A program made the translations under genes and the position numbers. DNA of 64,000 nt from Amphiscolops sp. MND2022 (lineage: Eukaryota): assembly GCA_964187785.1 (NCBI GenBank), contig OZ076416.1, positions 12,090,001 to 12,154,000 of the forward strand. The letters are read 5' to 3'. Below are positions 10,889 to 21,939 of this stretch, piece after piece. The notes beneath the pieces were generated by a model. It made no database searches. It saw only the letters and a program-made list of their open reading frames with translations, and was not told the DNA's origin. Positions within the stretch are counted from its first letter, which is position 1; every line of letters begins with the position of its first letter.

Positions 10889-11894
10889 TTAAAATATTCA
10901 AGTCCAAACATTATTCTATTGTTTGCAAACAGTATTTCTATCAACAGAACTGAAAACAACAGATGAACAAAAATATTATTGGGAGAAAACAAACACGAAA
11001 CACGATTGGATTCCAAGTTTGGAAATGATTGAGAAACTGGAATTAATCACAATTGAAGTTGTAGTCTGTGTGTAGTATTTGAGAGAGATTGCCCCTGGGA
11101 CTTGCGATCCCTAAACATATAGTTGTGAAAGCATGACACGCAAAATTGCTGTTGTCACCTTACCAAAAATAGCAACTTCGCCCTAACGTCACAATGATGT
11201 TATGTGAGTAATTCTAAAATTAGCACCTATCTGCGGGCAAGTAGTGTCAAGTTCTAAAAATAGCATCGGGTAATAAACCAGTGGCCTAATAGTGCATCAA
11301 AGGACTAAATGGGGGGGGGGGTAAGGCGGTGAGCCTTTCATCTGAGATTTCATGTCGTTCCAAACTATTCTATTTTCATGGTAGCAAGCAACGCGTACAT
11401 GTAACGGACTGGTGGTCCAAAACAACTAAGCTGGACTAAATAGAAAATAACACACTGCAACGTGATTGGCTAGTTATCTAATGTACCACGCGTCTAAATT
11501 GACTAACGCTGAGTACAATTTGAACGCGTTTCCAGTTTACTGTACTGTTGCATCATCATTTACATTTCCATTACTAATCTAATTTCCAACTTTGTGGTTT
11601 ACATGACAAAGTATACAAATGAATATATAATCAGACTAAAATAGCATGTATTGTTAGGTTTAGGATAGTAATTGAACTATATGTCAACTGTAGGCAAGTA
11701 GACCTGTGGTCCATAATTTAATAAATCGTTGACTAAAGTAACTTATAAGTACAGTACATTCATAAGAGTTGTTTTAAGTAGACTAGCAGTTTCTGTGTAC
11801 TAAAGCGGCAATACTCCGGTAGGAAGATACATTTCACTAGCTTCATTTGGGGTGACTTGGTAGTTGTTTCCATCGCAGGCGACAGCCTGCGACA
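10306..11894 (-). repeat. 5' LTR (1589 bp), termini TGTCG...CGACA
   Basis: 5-bp inverted termini, followed by a TGG PBS. Both ends coincide with the ends of the homologous solo LTR at 58189-59586. Confidence 0.8.
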
Positions 11895-12033
11895 CAATAC
11901 AATACTGAACAACCCTGATTGTTACTATTAATTCAATGATGATTTCACTTGACCGCTTAACTGGGGGGTGGGGGTTAAATCGGTTAGGGGGTACTAACAT
12001 AACAGAAAAAAGCCCTGGTTCTGTCGTGTGCAG

Positions 12034-12214
12034 GCAGACCCAGAGACAAGCACGACGAGCAGCTGCATTTTCTCGTGACCAACTTCGGCTGGAACGTCGT
12101 CTCGCTCAAGAGCATGACCTTCCCCCTATTGGACGAGAAGTTCCTTTGCATCCACGACGATGACGTCATGCTCCACTCGGACGGGTCCATGCACGACCAC
12201 AACAGTCGCTTCAG
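12034..12214 (+). CDS. Isolated internal coding exon of an unidentified gene (RPRDKHDEQLHFLVTNFGWNVVSLKSMTFPLLDEKFLCIHDDDVMLHSDGSMHDHNSRF)
   Basis: Perfect TACTAAC branch point at 11992-11998, GTGTGCAG| acceptor and AG|GTCAGT donor. The frame is open; the segment is 56% GC with 51 of 59 codons ending in G/C, in AT-rich surroundings. Confidence 0.6.
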
Positions 12215-13620
12215 GTCAGTCGCTAACCATCTTGCTCATGATCTTCTCATCGCTAATTTATTCTTTTCGCGTGAGAGAAGAATGCTCAGAGATCAAATTG
12301 GGAAAAAAAGCGGGAAAAACATTGTCATTTTGATTTCGTTTGTTGCACTTTACCGTAGAAGAGACGGCTGGTTTTTTGAAAACTGTAGTCATGTCTCGAA
12401 TTTACTTTCAGTAAGTAAAGTTTTAACTTTTTTTGGGTAATCGAATTAATAAGAAAGTTATCTCTTCAGCAAAACTCTTCATCGAAAAATAATGCATTTT
12501 TAAACAGTTCAACGCTAGCTTGACATAAAAGGTTCCTCAGCTACTTCTCTCATGAAAAAGTCTAGGGTTAAGCCTAGGTTTTTAACAAGTTCTTTAACTT
12601 CAACAAGTTTTTTCACCCAAATTAGATTTCGTCAGAATGATAATTGAGTTCAAATTGAAAGATCGTTTCTAGAATTTTTTTGTTAAAATTTTCGAGTGAG
12701 GCTATATCGAATTTTAAAAAATGTTTTATAGGTTGCAGGGAAATTTTAAATTTTTTTTACAGCACCTTGAAATGCTGCCATCATTTTTCAAGTTGCCTGG
12801 TAATTTTGCAAAATTTTCCAGGCATGATCCCTGAAGTTTCCATGTTTAAAAAAATAGCCGGCATTTTTTGAAGGTCCTGTAAAACTCCGCGGTTTTCGAA
12901 TCTGAGCAGAGAAGCCAACTTGAGCGGACCTGTAGAAACCAAAAACTATTACACTGTGTCAGCGAATGCTTGAAATCGTCAGTGTTTGTTGTTCTATCTT
13001 TCCCTAAATTGCGTTTTTCTTTTTTTAAAGTTTGAATTGACATAATGATTATTGTTTTTCCCAAAGAAATTTGTTTTTAACACAAAATATGGACAAAAAA
13101 TATATAAACCTAGTTCTAAAAATCAACTTTTAACCTGAATCTTGAGATCAAATGAAATTGGTTTTGGATGTCAAGTTTTGTGTTTAGTGTATTTTTGTTG
13201 CAGACTGCACGAGACACGTGATAAACACATCACCCTAGAGAGTTACGTGGCGAGTGAGCACCACATTGGCTTCGATTCCAGAGGCGAACTTATCCCCCCA
13301 GGCAGAGATCATCAGAAATCTGATTAATCAAAATGATATGCCACAAATCACCGATTATGTTAAAAATTTTTCAAGTACATTCTCGCTGCCACTTGGCCTA
13401 GTTGTTAACGCGGATTTCTCGTCCTGGTGGAGACTGAGGTCTGACAAGCAGGGGTATGTGGGTTCGAGTCTCGCACTAAAGCAAAAAAAATATGTTTGCA
13501 AAAGTATATTTTTTCGGCACTATGTGACTTTTTTCACATTTTTTACAAAAACAAATTTCCTTCCTCGATTTTCAGCAAAGCGTTTTGCGAGCATAGATGG
13601 CCACTTTGAAAGACCAATAA

Positions 13621-14957
13621 AGGGCATATACAGTGTAGGACGCTTATAAGTTGCAAAAAAGACAATCAAAAATGAATCCCAAATCCACCACGCTTTCATC
13701 GTCTTGGTTCATCATAATGGGTTAATTCCAAAAACAGATTATCAATTAACACAAACACGTCCAAATTAAACATATGCTGATATCAAGATAATGGCGAACT
13801 ATAACAAGCCGGGACCGGCCCAAGTCGGCACCCCGCTCAAGTTTCCTAAATATGCAAAAAAAACACTATTTTAAACTTTCATCAATTTCTCAGTACCAAA
13901 AAATACCCCACGGGATGCGCATTTTATTTGGAAAACGTCTCAGCTCGCAAAACTACTTTTTCTTGAGCCGAAATCAGTTTAGTTTTCAGCACTATGCGAC
14001 TTAACGAAGTAAAATAAACCTTTTCTGATTTTCTTTTCACAGTTTTTGGCCTTTTGAGTTCTTTTTGTAACAGAAAATAGTTTCCCAAGTCTTCAGGGTG
14101 ACCTCATTGTTACTTTTTGATGCTGTGGAACTGATAAGTTTTCTGGATGATTGATTGTCTTTTTAGTCGGCGTTTTCGAAGAAAATCCCGACTCTTACAG
14201 TGGCTAGTTTTTTTCGTCAGTTCAACGCGTAACGTCCACTTTTTGTGCATTAAGGCAATTAATGTACATTTACCAGTTTTTACCATATGTACTTAGTACT
14301 TCATTTTCAACGCATCCAAAGCGTCTAACATGAGATAAAAAGCGTCCCCCTTTTACATTTTTCGGCACTATTCGACTTACCGGAAGCTTCGAAAAAAAAT
14401 TCAAAAAAAATTCTGAAATTTTTTTCTCAATTTTGAGTTTTTTGAGAGCTTTTGTTGTCTCCAGTTGTAGAAAAAGTCGTTTTCGAGTCTTTTTGAGCCT
14501 TATATATGGCGCCGACTTGGGCCGTTCCCGGTTTGTTTTCCTAAACTTTCATTTGGACAAATGGTACCACCCTGACTTTCATAACTGATTTCGGCTTGAG
14601 AAAAAGTTGTTTTGCGAGCTGAGACGTTTTCCAAAAAAAATGCGTGTCCCTTGGGGTCTTTTTCGGGACTGAGAAATTGATCGACAGCGAGAAATTGATG
14701 AAAGTTTAAAAAAGTATTTTTTTGCATATTTAGGGAACTTAGCGGAGTGCCGACTTGGGCCGGTCCCGGCTTGTTATAGTTCGCCATTATCTTGATTTCA
14801 GCATATGTTTAATTTGGACGTGTTTGTGTTATTTGATTATCTGTTTTTAGAATTAACCCATTATGATGAACCAAGACGATGAAAGCGTGGTGAATTCGGG
14901 ATTCATTTTTGATTGTAGTTTTTGCAACTTATTAGCGTCCTACACTGTGTATGCCCT
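13621..14957. repeat. Long inverted repeat (arms about 13621-13980 and 14582-14957) with a spacer of about 600 bp
   Basis: AGGGCATATACAGTGTAGGACGC... is the reverse complement of ...GCGTCCTACACTGTGTATGCCCT. Similarity continues for about 360 bp with scattered mismatches. Confidence 0.9.
14161..14539 (+). mobile_element. Helentron-like non-autonomous element (HINE/DINE-1 type)
   Basis: 5' TTTT-AGTCGGCG with internal inverted partner CCCGACT; core TTCGGCACT motif; 3' GCGCCGACT subTIR, GC hairpin and TTGTT end; T-rich flanks with no TSD. Confidence 0.7.
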
Positions 14958-15825
14958 GTATTTGTCTTTTCTTGAGAGTCGATTCAATGTATACCCATCG
15001 ATGATTTTTGAAAATTCATGGAAAAACATTCATGTTTAATGGATGTTTCTCAGTATTGCATTCATGTTGCATGGTATGGCCCATTGCGTGGCAAGCCATG
15101 AATCATGGATAAATTATGGATGGAAGGAAATCCATCACTGGCCAAATGGGGAATATTTTTTGCTTGAATTCTCGATAAGCAAATGCAAACAAACTTTTGA
15201 GATTTTAAGCAACTAATCTTTTTCAAAGGAGTGAAATTAAAATATAAAGAGCCGTTTGCGAAAAAGCCGTTTGCGTTAGTCGGCAGAATATCATATGTTA
15301 GCGGATGTAACAGTAGCTGGGATTCAGCTGTACATGTTATCGAATTTTGCGCTGGATCAAATATTTTTATGCTGGCAGAAGCAGAGGGAAGACCGAAGGG
15401 GTTTCTTCGGCACTACGCCACCTTTTTGATGATTTTAACTGATGGGCCCCTTTTGATTTTTAGCAGAAACCACGCGTTTTGCGAGCATAGTGTGCCCCGT
15501 AGCGTTTTTCGACACTATGCGACTTATCCTTGATTTTTCTGAATTTTTTTTGAGAAAAACCGTTTTTCGAGGTTTAATTGTGACATCTTTTTTTGTCCTG
15601 TGGGACTGATAAAAATTATCGCAATAATTGTGGAAAAACGTATGGAGCTTTTAGAAACATTTCTTTTGGTCAAAGGATGCTCCCTTTGCTTGTTGAAAAG
15701 TTTTCGGCTCAGAAAAAGCGTTTTTCAAACTTAAAGGTTCCCTTTCGAGTTTGTCGGCAGTATAAACTTAGTTTTCCTAAAAACAAAAGTTCGATTCGGG
15801 GAAAATTTCGAAAAATTCAATACAT

Positions 15826-16337
15826 GAAAACTCAACACAAAGTAAAAAACAGAAAACTAAACACAAGAAAACTCAACACAGAAAACACTAAACAAATTTA
15901 ATTAATTTTAGTTAACACCTCAATTGAGTTAATTTTCCGAAATCTAACTAATTGTTAAATCCGTATTATTTCCGTTTACACTTGGTCACAGTTGCGACTC
16001 AATTCAAAGACATAAAAAAACGTATAATTTCTTTTACACCTAGTCATGATTGCAACTTTTTCCTATATTAAACTGTTTTTCACGTTGAAACGTTGTTTAC
16101 ATTGGCCCAAACAATGAAACAAAACGATAGAAAAAGTTTAACCGCAAACACAGATATTTTAGAAGAGTTGCGTCAAATACATAAATTATGAGCAATACGA
16201 ACAAGGAATATAGATGTATTATATATACCACGATTAGTAAATGCTGAAAATGTGTTGAGTTTTCTGTGTTGAGTTTTCGTGTGTTGAGTTTTCTTGTGTT
16301 GAGTTTTCTGTGTTGAGTTTTCTTGTGTTGAACTTTC
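15826..16337. repeat. Two inverted arrays of a 14-15-bp unit (GAAAACTCAACACA at 15826-15895; six TGTGTTGAGTTTTC units at 16251-16337)
   Basis: The tandem units can be read directly, and the two arrays are reverse complements of each other. Confidence 0.85.
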
Positions 16338-16629
16338 TGGTAATCTTCCATTCTTTTTCGAAAATTGGATTTTTTGATGCTTCGAGCTAGAGAAAAACGG
16401 TCCTATGGGTATCCTTTCGGGTCTTTCATGGCACTGTAAGTTTGATGAAAACTGTCAAAAGTGTCTTTTTGGTTATTTAATACACTTTACATTGTTTGAA
16501 GTTTGAGCACCGACTTGGGCCTTTCCCGGCTTGTTTGAGAACACTGTAACCTTTCCCATTTTTCTATGGTCTTCGATGATCCTTGATCACTCGCAGACGA
16601 GGTCCCGGACAAGGAAGCCTGTTCGCAGT

Positions 16630-16840
16630 TCCGTGTCAAAGTGGTCAGTGAAGTCAAACTCCCTAAAGACGGTCAAAGCACCGCGGGTCAAGCTTGGGAT
16701 GTCATGCGATGAGGTCAAGAGGTCATATTCATTTGACCTCAAAGCAAGGGTCAATTTGAGGACCCTTGTGAAACATGATAACTGTGGTTGTTCCCGGTTG
16801 CTAGTGAAACTGCCACCTGTCAAAACCCAGCAGGTCAAAA
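16630..16840. promoter_or_regulatory. Cluster of nuclear-receptor-like half-sites including a perfect DR2 (AGGTCA-AG-AGGTCA, 16712-16725)
   Basis: About ten NNGTCA hexamers in about 210 bp, including AGGTCA x3, GGGTCA x2 and TGACCT x1. Function is inferred. Confidence 0.35.
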
Positions 16841-19800
16841 TACCAGTTAGTCACTTTGAGCCCTAGTGGAATTTCAAAAACACTGTTTCAATTAGACAGA
16901 AAACAATTTCAGATAGCAGGTTATGGTAGTTAACTTTTTGGCACCAATTGGTTCAAAAATTCAAGTCATGAGTCACATAGACATGAGGATATTCGCAAGA
17001 TTCAGAACTGATTAGTGAATACTTTAACGCTACTAAAACTTCCTTGCTTCAGGAAAAACTCAGGGCTCAATCCAAAGCAGAACCTTGTAACTTCGCGAGC
17101 CCAGGAACCCTCGATGAGACTAGAAGAAATCACTGAGCAAAAAACGGAAACTTCTGTTCAATTGTTTTATTCACTTCCAAACTAGAAATTCAAACTTATG
17201 TTTGCAAATTTATTACTGTACTGAACTCGTTTCATACAATCCGAATCTTCTTGTGGTCAGTTTGATGCTATTACCTGCTCATAGAATTAGGACAAACAGT
17301 GAAGAACGAATACGGTCAGCAACAATATATATATGTCCTAATTACAGTTGCTTGTTAGTGTATCTCGAAAAACGTAGTAATAAAAAAGTAATATTCACTT
17401 CTGCTTTCTGACTGTATTCAACTGTAGAATGATTCTTCTGTAGCTTATCGAATTACCAAGGAATTTTTGAACTCGAACCATAACAAATTGTTTGCAGACG
17501 TCCAAAACGTCTGTCATTTTTCATTTGAAGTACCAGGAACATATGGACAGTCTGAAGAAGTATGAAAAAGATAATCATTTTACAGATGCGTTCCCCGGAA
17601 AACGGCATCTGAAAAATTTTTAAATATGCCCAAACAAGGTTTATAGAAAACTACGATAACGTTCTGACTGCCATTCAACTGATAAAACGGAACTGTTCTT
17701 TATGCCGTTGCCTGATCCTTCTTGCTTCTTTGACCAACTTGCAGGAACTTTCTTTCAGAAGGAACGGCTATCTGTTCAATTAGGTCTTAGTTGATAGCTG
17801 TCTCGGGGTACTCGACCCCAGGCTCTCTTAGATAGGCAATTTTTCGATCCCATCCCTTTTTTGACTTGCCTCGCTTCTTGTTGTCTGTAGTCCTGTTGTA
17901 CGCCTAAACACTGCGACTGACCGCACCGAGCAAAATGTTTCCACTCAAGACCCCCAAAAGGGTTGCTTGTCTCACGTTTATGGCTCTTACGGTGAGCTTT
18001 TATTCTCGCTACTACGAGGAGCGATTAAAGAACGTTTTGCTAGATCTTAGACACACTACGCCTGACAATGCCATTTCAAGAAAATTGTTCTGATTGCTTT
18101 ATATACCTAAAAGAGCTGATCGTTTGTTTGTTTGATCGTTTTGCAGTGCAATGCTACCCTTTGAGTCACAACATAACTAAACCGGAATCACAGTAGCTAC
18201 TAAGCAGCTGTAAATGACATTTAGGTTTCCATTTTATTTTTTAGCGTTCTGAAAATGATATCATCGTTGGTCCAATTTTTACTCTGATCAGCGGATACGC
18301 AAACTAAAACTTTTTCAATCACGAGATATGCAAAGAACTTGGTTGCATAACATCAGCTCTTCCATCAAGTTTCTGGTTTGATCACACCTTCAAGTTGGTT
18401 CCAGTATTCCAGTTATTCAATCGAAGGAACTTGTTCTCATATTTATTATTCATCGTTTTCACAATTCCGCTTCTAAACTAGTTAACTGATGTATGCAATT
18501 GTATGCTGAAATTGACCCTACATAGCAAATTTTCAAGTGACAGAAATTGCATTTCTTCAGAAACGCCGTGACACTGACAATGTTCCGGCTGAATTTAAGA
18601 ACGTTTAGCAATAAGAACTGTAGAGATTTGTTGCATTGTGAAAACCCCTTAAGAATTGCACGTTGCGGTCCCACCTTAACGAAAATCTACTCAGTCCGAT
18701 TTTAAAAAAAGTTTCACTAGCCCAAAAAAGGCATATATATGAAATTTCTAAAACATATCAGCCGTAATTTTTACATTGGTTGTATGATTCGGCCTTTCTC
18801 CTTTCGAGGCGAAATGTCATAATACTAAATTAACGAAATTTGTTTGTGATGAAATAAAATAGACGTTCAACATTAAGCATCATGAAAGTTGGTTTTAAAA
18901 GTTTTAGTTAATTTCACTGGTTTTCTCAATCTCTCTTTGCATTGTTCAAGTGATGCAACCATGCACCCATGTTTACAGGCCATGGCTTTCCATCCATGAT
19001 TCATGCATGCTTGGTGGATTCGCTATGCCGAGAATCATTGATTCCATAGTAAGAATGATCATGGATGAAAAGCCATGACGTCATGGATAACCATGTGTGA
19101 AATGTCATGACGTCATGGATGATCATGGATAAAAACGAACAAAGACGGCTCGATTTTCATTTGTTTTTGTAAGTGACGATCTTAAACACCACTAAAATAG
19201 AGAATGATTGAATTGAAAATAGTAGTTCTACGTCTAAAACTAAGGCGATATTTCAACTATTACATCAAACTTTGTTTTACCTACCGCTATAAACATAACG
19301 GTATGAACGAATTTAACGGTATTTAAAACGGCATGAATCTGATTTAACAAAATGACTTCAAAATTCTTTTTGAAAGTTCCTCAGATTTTCTATTTTGATA
19401 TGTTCTCATATTTTTGCGTGAAAGTTTCTTGGACACAAAATTCGGTTCATTCGAACTCTCCTCATTTGTGTTTGTTGGACAAACTTGTACCTTTCTGCCA
19501 TGGATCTTCATGGATGGATCATGGTTGATGAAGCAATGGATTCGTGTGGTTGAAAGCACCTTGCCTTTCCTTTAATTTGGTAAAAGCGATGTTCTCAACC
19601 ACTCAAAAAGAATTAGTGAATTGATTCTCACAGACCATTGTTTCATACAATGACAATTTGAATCTGATTCAACAAAATTACATTCGAAACAGTTTTTGAA
19701 CGTTTCGTAGATTCCATACTTTGGTGTTTCCCCATATTTGCGTAGAAAACACTTCTGCAAATGATACCCGTTCTGTTTGAACGCTCGTGATTAGTTTTTT

Positions 19801-19947
19801 TAGTTGAAATGAATGAATTATAACTCTTGTTAAAAGCTTCCATGGTTCACAAAACATGTAGCTTTCTGTGATACATGAATCATGGCTTCTCATCAGAGCC
19901 ATGATCATGGATGATTAGCTCTGATTCGAATGAAAAATTGAAAATTA

Positions 19948-20104
19948 CCATGAATGGTTAGCCATGATTAGAATGTAACGCAAAAATTGCCATGGATGAC
20001 TAACCATGATTTGAATGTAATTAAATCGACCATGGATGACTAGCTATTTCGATTGTAATGAAGGTCACCATGGATGATTTGTCATGATTCGAATGTAATG
20101 TCAC
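19948..20104. repeat. Minisatellite of 4 x about 40-bp units beginning CCATG(G/A)ATG, part of a CATG-rich repeat family
   Basis: Units start at 19948, 19990, 20030 and 20068. Related CATGGATGA-rich tracts occur at about 15070-15150, 18960-19140, 19490-19540 and 35880-35940. Confidence 0.75.
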
Positions 20105-20788
20105 GAGAAAGCAATGCTCATTGATGAAAAGCCGAGAATGGGCCGTGAAGGTCAACCTCGGAGAACAACCTCCAGAATGACAATGTGTGATCCTTTTCAA
20201 AACCGGTGCCTTTGGCACTTCCACATTTTATAATGGCCCTTTTTTCTTTTGGGGGGTTGCGTGCCTGACGGCAGTAGTATTTGAATCATAATCATCCATT
20301 CATGTGCCGACTTGAGAGTATATTATCAATATATAGTACTGTGATTTAGAAATCAACACCCTATGTGCTGAGCGTCATTGTCAACCAATTGAAAATGTTT
20401 ATCTGCTTCCAATTTCAGTTTTAATTGGTGAATTAAGCAAATTTCAGGTGCAAAAACTTCTTTAGTTGTATTCCCAATTGTAAGGAAATTCTCGAATGAT
20501 TGATTCCATTGCCTTGAATGCGGCGCTTGTAACATCGGCATTCGAAATGAAATAGTGAACGCAGTTTTTCAAGAAGAAAACTTTAAATGTTAATATTGAA
20601 TCGTGTGAAGTGAAGAGATGTTAGGTTTGACGGTAATATTTGTAACACAAGACGGCCGCTGACCAGCGAGATATTTCCCGCCTGAAACTGTTCTACAACG
20701 ACATTAATTTGAGGCTCAAGAGTAGCCAATGCACTATAAAAAAGAAAGGAAGTACGAAGCAAAGAAATCTTTGATTCATATTAGCTCA

Positions 20789-21115
20789 TTTTAGTCGGCG
20801 CATTTTCCTTTGAAGAAAAACGCCCGACTCTTACAGTGACCTTTTTTCAGACCACAGACCTGTCACTGAAAGTTCCACTTTTACAGAACCTACTAAAACT
20901 ACTAAAGCCAAGTCCGGCCAGCGGAAACTTAGTGCAAAGGGCCCCCTTTCATAGTTTACCTTTTTAACGTAACTTACAAAATCGTCCCCCCTCATACATT
21001 TTTCAGCACTATGCGACATTTTGCACTGGGAAAGTGGTAAAAGTTTGGAAATCAAGTCCTTTGCATATTTAGGAAACTTGAGCGTTGCCAAGTCTTGGGT
21101 CGGACCTTGCTTATT
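20789..21115 (+). mobile_element. Helentron-like HINE copy
   Basis: 5' TTTTAGTCGGCGC...CCCGACTCTTACAGTGAC and core TTCAGCACTATGCGAC; divergent 3' end. Confidence 0.65.
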
Positions 21116-21939
21116 ATATTTATGCACATAATGATACCGGAAATGTCAAAAGTTTTGATAATTTTGAAGTTTTTGGCAAAATTGGGGTCAGTTTGAGAAG
21201 CTAACAAGAAACAACAGATGTCGCTCCTGAAAAACCTACTGGATATCTAATTTAGTTGAAGTTGATTATTTACGAAGTAGCTCGAACAAATTGCATAGAG
21301 AAAGCCCAAAAATTTTTTTATTTTTGACTCATTCTGAAGTTTTTCCTACAAGAGAAACTGCAAAATATTTTTCCTTTGGAGAGCGAACCGCATTGCCAGT
21401 GATTTTGCTCGAAGCTTATTGAATAAAAATCATATAAGGTTGAATTTTTTAAAACCTTTTTGAGCAAAGTTTATTGAACTTTTGCAAGAAAATTTGTCCG
21501 TTTTGAAACACCATCGGTTGCTACATGTTTCAATCTTGATACTATCAATTTTCTCATTTACGGAACAAACTAAGGGGGTTCGAAGCTAAGAAAAGTTGAA
21601 ATTTTTGAGATCTTTGTTGTCAAATTCGCAGAACTTTATCTCCTAAATTGCGTTTTGATTACCCTTTTGTTCCAAATTCTGATCACTCGAAGTTCTCATC
21701 GCCAAGTGTTTTCTTGAGTTGAACAAAATTGTGATTCGTATGTTAAAAACGTGCTTTTTGTCGTTTTTCAGTTTTGGGTTGTTTTTGAGGCCAATTCGTT
21801 TTTGACTGTTTTGAATATTCTGACAACAAAACTTTCAATAAAAGCACACATAAAATCATCGATGTCAATTTGAGATACTTTTTCTTCGGGAAACTGAAAT
21901 TATCGTTTCCGAAAAGCCCACTGGACAACAAATTTGTTT

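Larger units (their letters stand above)
1..11894 (-). mobile_element. Ty3/gypsy LTR retrotransposon with long LTR, decayed pol and antisense cargo gene; 3' end lies left of the window
   Basis: On the minus strand the order is LTR (TGTCG...CGACA), PBS, gag, PR, RT, RH, INT, which is the Ty3/gypsy order. The 3' LTR is not in the window, so inclusion of 1-4200 in the element is inferred. Confidence 0.9.

Noticed and set aside
11353-11894. Short 542-bp LTR (TGTCG at 11353 to CGACA at 11894)
   Set aside because: It is followed by TGAAAT rather than a TGG PBS. The longer boundary at 10306 has a PBS and matches the solo-LTR end and TSD.
13240-13285. tRNA/SINE-like A and B boxes (TGGCGAGTG...GCTTCGATTCC)
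   Set aside because: The boxes are too close together, no cloverleaf can be drawn, and there is no second copy in the window.
16251-16337. CRISPR-like array
   Set aside because: The repeats are contiguous with no unique spacers, and the context is eukaryotic. This is a minisatellite.
17440-18070. Possible degraded transposase or LINE fragment
   Set aside because: No diagnostic motif could be recovered in any frame.
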